The translations under genes were made by a program, and so were the position numbers. From Deltaproteobacteria bacterium (GTDB taxonomy: Bacteria; Myxococcota_A; Polyangia; Polyangiales; Houyiibacteriaceae), in the NCBI GenBank assembly GCA_034670305.1, contig JAXMNT010000009.1, positions 32,001 to 96,000 of the forward strand: a stretch of DNA of 64,000 nt, written 5' to 3'. A model generated the notes under the pieces. It saw only the letters and a program-made list of their open reading frames with translations. It was not told where the DNA came from and ran no database searches. This document shows, one piece after another, positions 64,000-64,000 of this stretch (positions are counted from its first letter, which is position 1; each line of letters begins with the position of its first letter).

Positions 64000-64000
64000 C

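Overview
High-GC (about 70% by eye) chromosomal window, most likely from a myxobacterium (Myxococcota, Polyangia/Sandaracinaceae-like). That call is an inference from the giant TPR protein, the AgmX/PglI-like C-terminal domains, the DUF1592/DUF1552 pair and many Cys-rich lipoproteins. Housekeeping content: SNF2 helicase (partial), isocitrate-type dehydrogenase, hslO, a pheA fusion, NDP-sugar epimerase, pspA, glpK, smc, purQ/purL, thiS-thiG-thiE, modABC and a cusCBA-type Cu/Ag RND pump. I see no rRNA, tRNA, CRISPR array, transposase or integrase. Best leads: (1) a secreted Cys-pair leader ORF ending in an RAPP arrest-like motif directly upstream of cusCBA; (2) a signal peptidase I homolog lacking both catalytic residues, translationally coupled to an exported YbjN-like protein; (3) a four-helix-bundle gene preceded by a cloverleaf palindrome and a hexamer array; (4) an smc 5' leader with two exclusive folds, one pairing the SD, plus an NrdR-like box; (5) two more apparent pseudo-enzymes (a DAHP-synthase barrel on PheA, and a cyclase/STAND protein behind pspA); (6) two dispersed repeat families, one recruited into a signal peptide. 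All family calls come from motif recognition by eye. No database searches were run.
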